A stretch of DNA of 64,000 bases, taken from Cyanobacteria bacterium auto_48_18. Lineage in GTDB: Bacteria; Cyanobacteriota; Vampirovibrionia; Obscuribacterales; Obscuribacteraceae. A model generated the notes under the pieces. That model worked only from the letters and a program-made list of their open reading frames with translations. It was not told where the DNA came from and made no database searches. Made by a program: the position numbers and the translations under genes. Where the stretch lies: the NCBI GenBank assembly GCA_036170915.1, contig JAVHQC010000035.1:64001-128000 (forward strand), written 5' to 3'. This document shows positions 38,855 through 48,548 of the stretch, piece by piece; position 1 is the stretch's first letter, and every line of letters begins with the position of its first letter.

Positions 38855-40969
38855 GTGCCGATTCACAGCAATAGCAAGTCCGGAACTGATAGCTCAACTG
38901 CCAATTCATCAGAAGTGGCAAAAGCAGATCCGGGATTTGTACCTTCACTGCTCCACTCTGCAGCCTACGAAGGGCTGCAAGCACCGGTTCAGGGTTTGGC
39001 GCAAATCGTAGACCAGACTGCGGGTACGAAGCTGCAAAAAAGCGTCACCTTTATGGACGCTCCAGAACGGGCAGAATTTCAGTCAGCCAGCTGGTACGGC
39101 CAGCAGTTTGGTTCAGTGGGCAAACTCGTTCCCTTTATTGCCGCGTATGCCGTCACTCATAAGGCTTTTACCGGTGCAGGATTAACTAAAGGCACCGAGA
39201 ACGCCGCTAAAACTCTGTTTAGCAAATCTAACGGCACTCACATCGCCGAAATTGCCGTGGCCGGTTTCGCCACGGAGGCAATTTTTGTGCCTGTGGTAGG
39301 TGCAGACCATAAACGCGGCCAGCCCTTGAGTAATTTTGAATTTATCGAAGCACGGGCGAAAAATGGCGCCGTGGGCGCCATTACATTTGCCACTCTTTCC
39401 AGTGGCATGATTGGTTTGAGACATGCGGGCATGGCTGTTGAAAATAAGGCCGTCAAATCTGTTTTAACTAACAACGCTTTTGGTGCGGCCATATCAGGCA
39501 TTCCCACAGGCATCGTCAGTGCCGATACTCACGCTCGCATTGTAGAAGGCCGCTCCGCCACCAATCAAGAACGGGTTGAATCGGCCTATTCCATGTTCAT
39601 AATCGGCGGTGCTCTAGGTGGTCTGAGCAGAAACCGCTCTGCCAAAACCGAGACCACAGGCATAGAAGCAAAAAGTACACCAACCAAATCGACTTTGCTC
39701 TCGTCAATCAGCGAGCGAGTACAGAAAAAAGTTAGTGCTGGTTACGAAAGTTTCGACAGTTTTATGGCCTCAATCAATCCGCTGCTCAAAGGCCCTGAAT
39801 TGCAACCGGCCCATATTCAACCGGGTGGACGCAGTGGCCTAGGCAACCGAGCGATGGAATCAACTTTACATGAGCTCGGCAAACCGGTGGTTTTGGAGAA
39901 TCGCAGTGCCACTGTCAGTAGTGCCACTATAGAAGGTTCAAACCCATCGAGCAGTGCTGTAATTAGAAATGCTCCTGAGGCTGTTAAAGAAGCAAAAGCA
40001 AAAGACAAAGCTTCTGAAAATACAAAACTCGAATCGACTGATGGCTTGACTTCAGCCTCAAAATGGCTCGATCAGCTTGGCATGTCCGATATAGCCGAGT
40101 TTGTTAAAAACGACCGGGTCTTGAAAAAACAAAAAGTGGTGAAAACACTTGGTCAGGGAAATGACTCACCTGCAGTGCTCGAGCTTGCCCCGAGCAAAGA
40201 ATTTCCCAATGGTGGTGCTCTGAAAGTGACCATAGCCGAAGGCGGTTTCGAGAGCAACTATGGCAAACGCCCTGGTGACGCCAAAATTTATGGCAAAGTA
40301 CACGAAGTTGACTTAAACGGCAGCGGTTTCTCAGGCTCGGCTGCACTCTATGTGCAGGAGCTGGCTGACCCTGTCTCCAGGCCGGCTCCACAACTGGTTG
40401 ACGCACTATCGCGCCGACTGGACAAGGCCGGTTTGGAAATCACCGATGTGGGCTCTGGAATCGAAGGTCAAGTCGGTGTGAGCAGAGTGACAGGAGATCT
40501 GGTTGTTATCGATTATCCGGCTGTGACCAAAAAGGGTGGCGGCAACGAAACTTTAGAAGCAATCCGCGGCGGCTACGAGCGTGTCGAACAGCAGTATGAG
40601 GCCGAAAACAGTGCTATGAGGCGCGGCAAAAGCCTTGAAGAAGCTGAGCCTCTGCCAGAAGTCAAAGTTGACGTCGAAACCATGGCCAAGAGACAAGAAG
40701 TGCTAGAAGGCACCAAATTGACCCCAGCTGAGAAAGATATTTTGAAGCAGCTCAGTCAAGCTGAAGAAGGTTTCTTTAGCATGAAGGAAGTTTATGAAAT
40801 GGCCGCTTACGTAGACGGCAAATACAACGCTAAAGGCACAGGTGCTGATTTAGCTTATGGAAAAAAAGTAGTTGAAGCCGTAGTTAAGAAAGCTCGTACA
40901 ATGGGAGCGCTGCAAAAGCCAGCGCGTGCAGCTAAAATAGAAAAAGACTTAGAACACGACGACTACTAA
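38855..40969 (+). CDS. Hypothetical: Gly/Ala helical N-terminal region plus C-terminal kinase-like domain
   Basis: 704-aa ORF; LGQG, ALKV, YVQE, D..GQVG, VVIDY in kinase motif order. Confidence 0.6.
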   Translation: MPIHSNSKSGTDSSTANSSEVAKADPGFVPSLLHSAAYEGLQAPVQGLAQIVDQTAGTKLQKSVTFMDAPERAEFQSASWYGQQFGSVGKLVPFIAAYAVTHKAFTGAGLTKGTENAAKTLFSKSNGTHIAEIAVAGFATEAIFVPVVGADHKRGQPLSNFEFIEARAKNGAVGAITFATLSSGMIGLRHAGMAVENKAVKSVLTNNAFGAAISGIPTGIVSADTHARIVEGRSATNQERVESAYSMFIIGGALGGLSRNRSAKTETTGIEAKSTPTKSTLLSSISERVQKKVSAGYESFDSFMASINPLLKGPELQPAHIQPGGRSGLGNRAMESTLHELGKPVVLENRSATVSSATIEGSNPSSSAVIRNAPEAVKEAKAKDKASENTKLESTDGLTSASKWLDQLGMSDIAEFVKNDRVLKKQKVVKTLGQGNDSPAVLELAPSKEFPNGGALKVTIAEGGFESNYGKRPGDAKIYGKVHEVDLNGSGFSGSAALYVQELADPVSRPAPQLVDALSRRLDKAGLEITDVGSGIEGQVGVSRVTGDLVVIDYPAVTKKGGGNETLEAIRGGYERVEQQYEAENSAMRRGKSLEEAEPLPEVKVDVETMAKRQEVLEGTKLTPAEKDILKQLSQAEEGFFSMKEVYEMAAYVDGKYNAKGTGADLAYGKKVVEAVVKKARTMGALQKPARAAKIEKDLEHDDY

Positions 40970-40972
40970 AAA

Positions 40973-41707
40973 ATGACTAAACACATTGGCATTGTCGCCT
41001 GTAGCGCTGAAGGCGCGGCGCTCTGTTATCGCACCATATGCAGTGAAGCTCAAACAATCATGGGCCGCCACTGGCATCCTGAAGTCAGCCTGCACACCCA
41101 TCCTATGGGCCGATACCTTCAAACTCTAGAAGGTAAAGGTGGATGGCAAGGTGTGGCGGAACTAATGATTGACTCATCTGTACGCCTGTCACGCATGGGC
41201 GCTGATTTCATCATTTGCCCAGACAATACGGTACATCAGGCTTTCGACTTAGTTGCTCCTGCTTCGCCTCTGCCGTGGTTGCATATTGCCGAAGTGGTGG
41301 CAGGTGAAGCTCAACTGAAAGGCTTGAAAAAGCTGGGCGTTTTAGGCACTCGCTATTTGATGGAAGGCCCAGTCTATCAGGTCAAGTTGGAAGCTCTGGA
41401 TATCAACTGGGAAACACCTAGCGACAGCGATAAAAAAGAAATCAATCGCATTATTTTTGACGAGCTGGTTAACGGTAAGTTCAAAGATTCTTCTCGCAGT
41501 TATTTTCAAGAAGTGATCACCGTTCTGAAGCGCCGCGGATGCGACGGTGTAATACTGGGATGCACCGAAATTCCACTATTGATTGACCAACAAGACTCAG
41601 TATTACCCGTACTTGACTCAACCAGGTTACTGGCCAGAGCAGCGCTTTTCATGGCCATGCAGAATAAACCGGTCAAGCGACCACGGTCAACACTGGCACC
41701 ACAATAA
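40973..41707 (+). CDS. Aspartate/glutamate racemase family protein
   Basis: CPDNTVH, LHIA, LGT, ILGCTEIP, DST. Confidence 0.92.
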   Translation: MTKHIGIVACSAEGAALCYRTICSEAQTIMGRHWHPEVSLHTHPMGRYLQTLEGKGGWQGVAELMIDSSVRLSRMGADFIICPDNTVHQAFDLVAPASPLPWLHIAEVVAGEAQLKGLKKLGVLGTRYLMEGPVYQVKLEALDINWETPSDSDKKEINRIIFDELVNGKFKDSSRSYFQEVITVLKRRGCDGVILGCTEIPLLIDQQDSVLPVLDSTRLLARAALFMAMQNKPVKRPRSTLAPQ

Positions 41708-43074
41708 TGACCATCACTGCACCAAAAGATCTGACCCCTCTGGTCACTGGCAATCTGTGGCGAGCAATCTGGATCATGAGCTGGCCTCTGCTACTGATGA
41801 CCATCGCCAATTCGTTTGTTGGATTAGTTGATGTGTATGTGGCCAGCTTTCTTGGCTCTAACACGCAAGCGGCAGTAGGTCTAGCTGAGCATGTGCTCTT
41901 TCTCTTTTTGCTATTTATCCTTTCGGTTGGTGTCGGCTCAACCGCAATTGTGGCGCGAGCATTTGGCGCCGGCGACAAGGCTTCGATGATACGCGCTACT
42001 GGTCAATCATTCGCTCTTTCTATTGTGCTTGGTCTGGGTATGACAGTCACAGCCACCCTGTTGGGTCATTACGCACTTCCATTTTTCACCAGCTCGCCAG
42101 AAGTATTGCAGGTAGGGCGAAGCTATCTGATCGCTTACAGTTTCGTACTAATTCCTTTTAGTATGACTTGCATTGCTAACGCAGTTTTTCGAGCGATCGG
42201 CGATAGCAAGACGCCACTATATATAGTGTCAGTGGTGACCGCCATCAATATTGCCGGTGACTTTCTTACCGTCATGTATGGCTGGCCGGTCAAGGGGCTC
42301 GGTGTATTAGGCATGGCTTATGCCGCCCTGGTGGGAAGCTCTGTTGGTGCGGTGCTCGCAGTAATCGCCATTCGCAAGTCGATTCTGAAGGATAGCCTGA
42401 AAAGCATATATCCTTTCGACAGAGATGAAATTATGCGTATTGTCAGAATTGGCATACCATCAGCCTTGCAAAGGCTGGCATGGTCACTTTCAGTCTTTGT
42501 CGTCTTCTTTATTTTAGCCCGTTGTCCTGACTCGGTGAGCTCACTGGCATCATGGACAATTGGTATGCGCGTCGAATCACTGATATTCATGCCGCTTATG
42601 GCTCTTAGCTTGGCAGTAGCATCTATAGTCGGTCAAAATCTTGGTGCCAATGAATACGACCGTGCTTTCAATGCTGGTTGGCGCGTCACCTGGATCGGCA
42701 TCTGGTCAATGACTGTGCTTGGTTGCGTGCTGTACTTTACCGCCGAGCCAATTGCTCGACTCATGAGTCACGACCCAGGCACCATTACCTACACCACTAA
42801 TTATTTGAGGATAAACGCGCTGGGTGAGCCCTTCCTGGCATTGGGAATGGTCTTAACCGGTGCGCTGCAAGGAGCTGGTGATACCAAGACACCAATGTAC
42901 GTCACTCTGATTTGCAATTGGGTCATTCGCTTACCAATTGCATTCTTTCTGGCACTAAGCCTCAATTTGGGCCCTGATGGCGTCTGGTGGGCAATGATAT
43001 TTTCAGTAGTTATTCAGGGCTGTTTGATTGCCTGGCGTTACCAGTCAAAAGGCTGGATGCAGGCGCGACTCTAA
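41707..43074 (+). CDS. MATE efflux transporter
   Basis: 12-TM pattern; RAIGDSKTP and QGAGDTKTP internal repeats. Confidence 0.93.
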   Translation: MTITAPKDLTPLVTGNLWRAIWIMSWPLLLMTIANSFVGLVDVYVASFLGSNTQAAVGLAEHVLFLFLLFILSVGVGSTAIVARAFGAGDKASMIRATGQSFALSIVLGLGMTVTATLLGHYALPFFTSSPEVLQVGRSYLIAYSFVLIPFSMTCIANAVFRAIGDSKTPLYIVSVVTAINIAGDFLTVMYGWPVKGLGVLGMAYAALVGSSVGAVLAVIAIRKSILKDSLKSIYPFDRDEIMRIVRIGIPSALQRLAWSLSVFVVFFILARCPDSVSSLASWTIGMRVESLIFMPLMALSLAVASIVGQNLGANEYDRAFNAGWRVTWIGIWSMTVLGCVLYFTAEPIARLMSHDPGTITYTTNYLRINALGEPFLALGMVLTGALQGAGDTKTPMYVTLICNWVIRLPIAFFLALSLNLGPDGVWWAMIFSVVIQGCLIAWRYQSKGWMQARL

Positions 43075-44320
43075 CTTGGGCAGGAGTAACCAGCAGTGCC
43101 AGCAATACCCATTGCACGAGCTTTATATGACCACTGTTGAAATTGTATTCAAAGATTCCAGCAAAGCTTAAAGAGATCATTGCCCCCAGCAAACCTAGTC
43201 CGATGGCGCTGTTGAAGACGCTTAGATTGTCAGTCGACGATAATTTAGATTGCCTGTAAGAAAAATAAAGGGCACTGCCAAGCAAATACAAAAATGCAAC
43301 TGCTCCTAAAACTCCTGTAGTTGACAAAATTTGCAGATAATTACTGTGAGCATGGTTCAAGTCGGTAGAACGGCCTGCCACCACCGCTTCAGATATGGGT
43401 AAACGAGGAAACTTACGCGGCCCCACACCAGTAACAGGATGCTCTTGAAAAAGTTGCCAGGCAGTGGACCAAATTTTCAGACGAGCAGTAACGCTTACAT
43501 CAGTTTGCCAATGAGCTAATGGAGCGATTCTGGCCTTCACCAGCGGAACAAAGCAATAACTGAGCACTCCCACCACCAGCAGTACCATAGCGCCGCGCAG
43601 AAGCATTTTTGGAGAAACGTACAAACAGATACTGAGAAAAGCAAACATCATGCCTACCCAGGCGCTGCGCTCGCCACAAAAAAGCAAACCGAGTAAATTG
43701 GCTAGCAGCACAGCCAGAAAGACTTTGCCGTTGTGCAGAAGAGGTAAATGCTGGTAACCTTTTTTAATCAGAAATCCCAGGGCCATAAAACTTGTCAGTT
43801 GAATAACACCAGCAAAAGACATTGGTTCACTAAGAAATCCGGTGGCTTGCAAAAACGGATAAGTAGTGAAAGGACGAAAATTAAAAATCTGCTGCGGCAC
43901 GGCAAACAGCCCGGAAAGCGCACCAGCTAAGAGCAAAACTGTCAAAGTCCAGGCAGCAGTACTATATTTACCGGAAACTTCCGATCTTCGAAACATTTGC
44001 AAGGCCACCAGATACGGTACCATCATGCCCCGCATGCTCCAGAGAGCCTTAACTCCTTCATCAATGCCGCCACTAGCCAATCCGGAAATTAAAACCGGCA
44101 CGGCAAACAGGCAAAGCGGCAGCAGTAGGGGGGCTTCCCTCAATACTTTTAGACGTTCAAGCCGGTCAGGCTGAGCCAGTGCCACAAGCAAAAGTAGAAT
44201 TAGACAAATCCATGAAGCGGAGACACTGCAACAGAAACAAATTGCTAAAGCCATAGCAAGATAGCGTTCGATGGTCGCAAGAGAAAAAGAGAAAGGAAAA
44301 GAAAAAGGAATGTTAGCCAC
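43010..44320 (-). CDS. O-antigen ligase (Wzy_C) family protein
   Basis: RSAW, R..IW..A..HPVTGVG, HAHSNYLQ; 3' end overlaps the MATE gene by 65 bp. Confidence 0.88.
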   Translation of the reverse strand: MANIPFSFPFSFSLATIERYLAMALAICFCCSVSASWICLILLLLVALAQPDRLERLKVLREAPLLLPLCLFAVPVLISGLASGGIDEGVKALWSMRGMMVPYLVALQMFRRSEVSGKYSTAAWTLTVLLLAGALSGLFAVPQQIFNFRPFTTYPFLQATGFLSEPMSFAGVIQLTSFMALGFLIKKGYQHLPLLHNGKVFLAVLLANLLGLLFCGERSAWVGMMFAFLSICLYVSPKMLLRGAMVLLVVGVLSYCFVPLVKARIAPLAHWQTDVSVTARLKIWSTAWQLFQEHPVTGVGPRKFPRLPISEAVVAGRSTDLNHAHSNYLQILSTTGVLGAVAFLYLLGSALYFSYRQSKLSSTDNLSVFNSAIGLGLLGAMISLSFAGIFEYNFNSGHIKLVQWVLLALLVTPAQVRVAPASSLLTGNARQSNSPE

Positions 44321-44331
44321 CTGACTTCAGA

Positions 44332-45348
44332 CTACTTATTCCAGTTGACCATGCCCATAATTTCGCGTACTTCAGTCAATGTCTGGCTTGCCACCTTGCG
44401 GGCTTTAAGATTGCCATGCTCAATAATCTTGCGCACATTCTCAGGATCTTTAGCCAAGATTTCACGCTTCTCGCGGAACGGTCTGAAATAGTCATTAATA
44501 TGCACAGCCAGGCGCTTCTTGCAGTCAACGCAGCCAATTTTTGCTGTCTCGCATTCATCTTTGGCTTGAGCCAAAATATCTTTGGCAAAAATATTGTAGA
44601 GAGGCCATGGCACTTCACAAAGATCCGTATGGCCAGGGTCGCTTCTGGCGATGCGAGTGCGATCGGTAATCGCTTGCTTGATTTTCTTTTCGGTATCGCT
44701 GTCAGTGTCAGCTATTTTTATATCATTGTTAAAAGACTTGCCCATTTTCTGCCCGTCAATGCCGCGCAGTAAAGGTGTCTCTGTAAATTCAGGTTTGGGC
44801 TCGGGGAAATAATCGACGCCAAATAGATGATTAAAGCGACGTGCTACATCACGAGCAAATTCAAGATGCGACTCCTGATCTTTACCCACAGGAATAAGCT
44901 CACCTTTAAAAGACAAAATGTCGGCAGTCATCAAAACCGGATAGCCGAGCAAACCATAGGTGATTTTGTCGTGGGCGGCATTCTCGTCTGAATCAAGCAT
45001 TTTGACCATGTCTTTCAAAGTCGGCTCACGCTCAACCCAGTTGTGGGGCGTAATCATTGAAAGCAGGAGGTGTAGCTCGGCAATTTCAGGAATGGCCGAC
45101 TGCACATAAATGGTTGAGACATCAGGATCAATGCCGACGCAAAGCCAATCTAGAGCAATTTCCCAGATGTGACCCTGAACTTCTTTGGTATTTTGAAACT
45201 TTGTCGTCAGCGCATGCCAATCGACAATTGAGAAATACGATTCATAGCGGCTTTGAAACTGTATCCAGTTTGAGAGCGCGCCAAAATAGTGTCCCAGGTG
45301 CAGACGTCCGGTTGGACGCATACCCGACATTATTCGCTTTGATGTCAT
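44332..45348 (-). CDS. trpS: Tryptophan--tRNA ligase
   Basis: SGMRPTGRLHLGH, YPVLMTADIL, PVGKDQ..H, KMGKS. Confidence 0.97.
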   Translation of the reverse strand: MTSKRIMSGMRPTGRLHLGHYFGALSNWIQFQSRYESYFSIVDWHALTTKFQNTKEVQGHIWEIALDWLCVGIDPDVSTIYVQSAIPEIAELHLLLSMITPHNWVEREPTLKDMVKMLDSDENAAHDKITYGLLGYPVLMTADILSFKGELIPVGKDQESHLEFARDVARRFNHLFGVDYFPEPKPEFTETPLLRGIDGQKMGKSFNNDIKIADTDSDTEKKIKQAITDRTRIARSDPGHTDLCEVPWPLYNIFAKDILAQAKDECETAKIGCVDCKKRLAVHINDYFRPFREKREILAKDPENVRKIIEHGNLKARKVASQTLTEVREIMGMVNWNK

Positions 45349-45359
45349 CTTCGGTCTTT

Positions 45360-45470
45360 CTATTTACCAGCTTGAGATTTAGCAATGTTCTCTCTAACAA
45401 TTGCTTTCTTTCTGTTTACTTTGTTTTTGCGGCGAGTCTTCTTCTCACGGCGATTATGCTTGTCGGTCAT
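45360..45470 (-). CDS. Small highly basic protein (36 aa), below the ORF-track cutoff
   Basis: ATG..TAG, MTDKHNRREKKTRRKNKVNRKKAIVRENIAKSQAGK; AGGA upstream; stop 11 nt before the trpS ATG. Confidence 0.6.
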   Translation of the reverse strand: MTDKHNRREKKTRRKNKVNRKKAIVRENIAKSQAGK

Positions 45471-45535
45471 CTTCCAGTCCTAACTTGACGGTAAAGAACT
45501 GAGTTTACCTAATGCGAGCGCTAATTGCAGGAAAT

Positions 45536-47242
45536 TTAGCGAGGTGCAAACCTTTCTTTTTCACGAGTGAGGCGGTCCCAGTCAGAATCGGTCATGAAGC
45601 CCATTTTAACTAAAAGTTCTACAAGCTTGACGCCCTTCTGCCTGGCGAGCTCAATTACGTCTCTCAATTCGTCGCCGTTGAGGCGCCGACGCTGCAATAG
45701 ATACTGCTCCAGCTCTACTCGACCCAGCAGAAGATCGGCCGTCAAGCTGACAACCTGATCAGGCGGGTCGATGTAACCGCGCTCTAAAGCATACTTACAG
45801 TTATGTAATACCTGAGCCGGGTCTCGACCTAAGCCGCCATCTGTGGCAACGTTGATAAATGTTTTACCTGTCTTAAAAGCAGAAACAATTTTTTTCAAAT
45901 CGTCATCTAAAGCGTCATTATTCAAGGCTACCTGGCCAAAAGGAGCCACATGAAAGCAGGTTTGAAATAGCCTTTCAATATCAATGGCAACCAGAGGCAA
46001 AGGATCGGTGCGACGGATGTCAAAGGATTTTTTCTCGGGCTCCGGCTCCACATCAGCAGGTTTAAAGGAAGTTTGAGCCTTTGGTTTTTCTAAAACCGAG
46101 GTTTGGGTACCAGGCTTTTCGTCGTCATTTTTCAGAGAAGCAGTCTGAGCTTTGGCCATCAGTTCATTAAACTCAGCGCTGCCTACGGCAGGCAGGCTAT
46201 CAGATGTAATTACTTCTGCCGGTCTTTGAACCTCTGCTTCGGCAACAGGTGTCGAAACTGGCTCAGGAATAACTACTGGATCTGGCACTTGAGCTGGCAC
46301 TTGAACTTGAGCTGGAGCTGGCGCTGGAGTTGGAGCTGGCTCAGGCTTAGAGTCAGGCGCAAAATCAGAATCTATTTTTGGTTCTGATTTAAGTTCTGAT
46401 TTAAGTTCTGATTTAATTTCCGGTTGCTTGCTCGACAGCTCCGCCACTAAATCGGCAGCAGGCTGAGATTTACCGGCATGGCCGTTTTTGTTGGCACCAC
46501 CATCAGTGCCTTTGGGCTTAATGGATTTATCAGCAGCCGATTTTTCGCGGGATTTCTCTCCAGATTTATCTGCGGATTTTTCTACAGATTTCTCAACCAC
46601 TTCCTCAGCTGCCGTCGCCGCTGCTTTATCCACCAGGGCCTGTGCCTGACTGAGATCTTCCACCTGGTCTAGAATCGAGTCGAGACTGGGGCGAATGCTG
46701 TCCACAGAGCCGGTGCTCAGTAACCTGAAAAGCGAATTCGTGGCCTGCACCACGTCAAAACTAAACTCACGCATAGCCTGGCGCATGGTACGACCATCGG
46801 TGACCCAACCCAGCACCACATAATCTTCCTTATAAAGCGGTTGCTTTTGCAGCGCCTCTTGCCATTCTTGAGTGCCAAATTTAGGAGACGGCACAATTTC
46901 GGTATTCAGACCGACATTAGACTTCTGCAAAAAAAGCATTTGATCGGCAAAAGTATTGACTTGTTTAAGCGGTATCTTGAGATTACAGCTTTCCGCACTG
47001 GTGGCGCCCTGAGCCAGGCGCTCCACAATAAAAGTACCTTCATTCCAGAAGAGGAATTCAGTCAGGGCGTCATTGCCCTCTAAGAGGCTGAAATTAGCCG
47101 CCAAAATCTCACCGTCGCAGACGATTACTTCGCCTTTCTGAGTACCATTAGTAAGCTGAACGGAATAACTTTTATTTGATTCGGTGGCCAGAAATTGCAG
47201 CAGACCTGGCAGGCTGACATCGGACAAATTGCCTTCAATCAT
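45536..47242 (-). CDS. DUF4388 (PatA_N-like) domain protein with disordered linker and degenerate MshEN-like C-terminus
   Basis: IEGNLSDVSLPGLLQFL..GEV..DGEI..A..G.DAL..W.EGTF; C-terminal KLVELLVKMGFM. Confidence 0.8.
   Translation of the reverse strand: MIEGNLSDVSLPGLLQFLATESNKSYSVQLTNGTQKGEVIVCDGEILAANFSLLEGNDALTEFLFWNEGTFIVERLAQGATSAESCNLKIPLKQVNTFADQMLFLQKSNVGLNTEIVPSPKFGTQEWQEALQKQPLYKEDYVVLGWVTDGRTMRQAMREFSFDVVQATNSLFRLLSTGSVDSIRPSLDSILDQVEDLSQAQALVDKAAATAAEEVVEKSVEKSADKSGEKSREKSAADKSIKPKGTDGGANKNGHAGKSQPAADLVAELSSKQPEIKSELKSELKSEPKIDSDFAPDSKPEPAPTPAPAPAQVQVPAQVPDPVVIPEPVSTPVAEAEVQRPAEVITSDSLPAVGSAEFNELMAKAQTASLKNDDEKPGTQTSVLEKPKAQTSFKPADVEPEPEKKSFDIRRTDPLPLVAIDIERLFQTCFHVAPFGQVALNNDALDDDLKKIVSAFKTGKTFINVATDGGLGRDPAQVLHNCKYALERGYIDPPDQVVSLTADLLLGRVELEQYLLQRRRLNGDELRDVIELARQKGVKLVELLVKMGFMTDSDWDRLTREKERFAPR
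46381..46416. repeat. 12-bp tandem repeat x3 (codes KSE(L/P) units)
   Basis: gttctgatttaa repeated three times. Confidence 0.85.
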
Positions 47243-47541
47243 TGATCCTTACCTTGCTTCTTGCCTTGTTTCTTGCCTTGACCCATACCTTGTGAAATTG
47301 CGTCAATGCGCTCAAGTTGATCTCCCGAACTTAGTAGAGGTCGTAAGTAATTAGTCCCTTATAAAGGCTAGCGGTTCGCACCATGGTCTACCAAATTTAC
47401 AAAAGTTAATCAATATCTTGACTGCTTAGAGTTGACTGAGATTTGGGTAAATAGCAGGAAGAAGCACAGGCGATTTTCTGCCGATCCTCGATTGAGTTTT
47501 TTTACGAATTTTACTTCTCTACCAAATGGAGTTTAAGCGCG

Positions 47542-48483
47542 TTGGCCGCCAAAGTTACTGATGAACTCTCAGAAGATTACGCCGACGTCTTTGGCACTGG
47601 AGATGAGCCGGAGGCCGATGATGAGCCGGAGAAGGAGGTAGAGGCCAGCGGCTTCACTGAAGACTCTGTTCGCCTCTATCTGCGCGAAATCGGTCGCGTC
47701 AAAATGATCAAGCCAGACGAAGAAATTGAGTTGGCCAGACGTATTGCCAAAGGGGATGGCGAGGCGAAGAAAAAGCTGATTCAAGCTAACTTACGCCTGG
47801 TAATTTCTATTGCAAAAAAATATTTGAATCGCGGACTGCCCTTTCAAGATCTAATTCAAGAAGGCAATTTGGGCCTGATTCGCGCCGCCGAAAAATTTGA
47901 CCATACAAAAGGTTTCAAGTTCTCCACCTATGCCACCTGGTGGATAAGGCAGGCTATCAGCCGCGGACTGGCCGATAAATCACGAACTATCCGTGTGCCT
48001 GTACACATGGTCGAATCAATCAATAAATTGAAAAAAACCAGTGCAAAATTGGCTCAAGAGTTAGGCCGCAAGCCAAACGAGCACGAGCTATCATCGGCAC
48101 TAGAAATTCCTGTGGGTAAAGTGCAAGAAATCATGGCGGCCGACCGCGAACCTGTTTCAATGGAAATGCCGCTTAACCGCGATGATGAGACATATATCGG
48201 CGACCTGATTGAAGACAACGAAGCTACGCGGCCTGATGCCACCACAGCTGAAGAGCTGATGCGTCAAGACTTGAGCCGCATGCTCAGCCAGTTAACGCCC
48301 CGCGAACGTGACATCATGCATTTGCGCTATGGTCTTGAAGACGGCAGGCAACGCACTCTCGAAGAAGTTGGGCGGCTGTTCAACATTACCAGAGAGCGTG
48401 TACGCCAAATTGAACACAAAGCTTTTCGAAAATTGCGGCAGCCCAACTGGTCATCAAGACTGGCTGGATATCTGGACGATTAA
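47542..48483 (+). CDS. RpoD/SigA family sigma70 factor (short, probably non-primary)
   Basis: [47 protein letters not shown]; no region 1.1. Confidence 0.93.
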   Translation: MAAKVTDELSEDYADVFGTGDEPEADDEPEKEVEASGFTEDSVRLYLREIGRVKMIKPDEEIELARRIAKGDGEAKKKLIQANLRLVISIAKKYLNRGLPFQDLIQEGNLGLIRAAEKFDHTKGFKFSTYATWWIRQAISRGLADKSRTIRVPVHMVESINKLKKTSAKLAQELGRKPNEHELSSALEIPVGKVQEIMAADREPVSMEMPLNRDDETYIGDLIEDNEATRPDATTAEELMRQDLSRMLSQLTPRERDIMHLRYGLEDGRQRTLEEVGRLFNITRERVRQIEHKAFRKLRQPNWSSRLAGYLDD

Positions 48484-48548
48484 AATTCGCTAACTGTTAA
48501 CGAATTAGACAAAAGGCCTTCTGTCAACCTCTCAGGCTTGGTAGGGTT

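Noticed and set aside
45349..45535. T-box or Trp attenuator before trpS
   Set aside because: No T-box consensus or terminator seen, and the small ORF has no Trp codons.
48484..48548. M-box riboswitch before mgtE
   Set aside because: The spacer is only 65 nt, too short.
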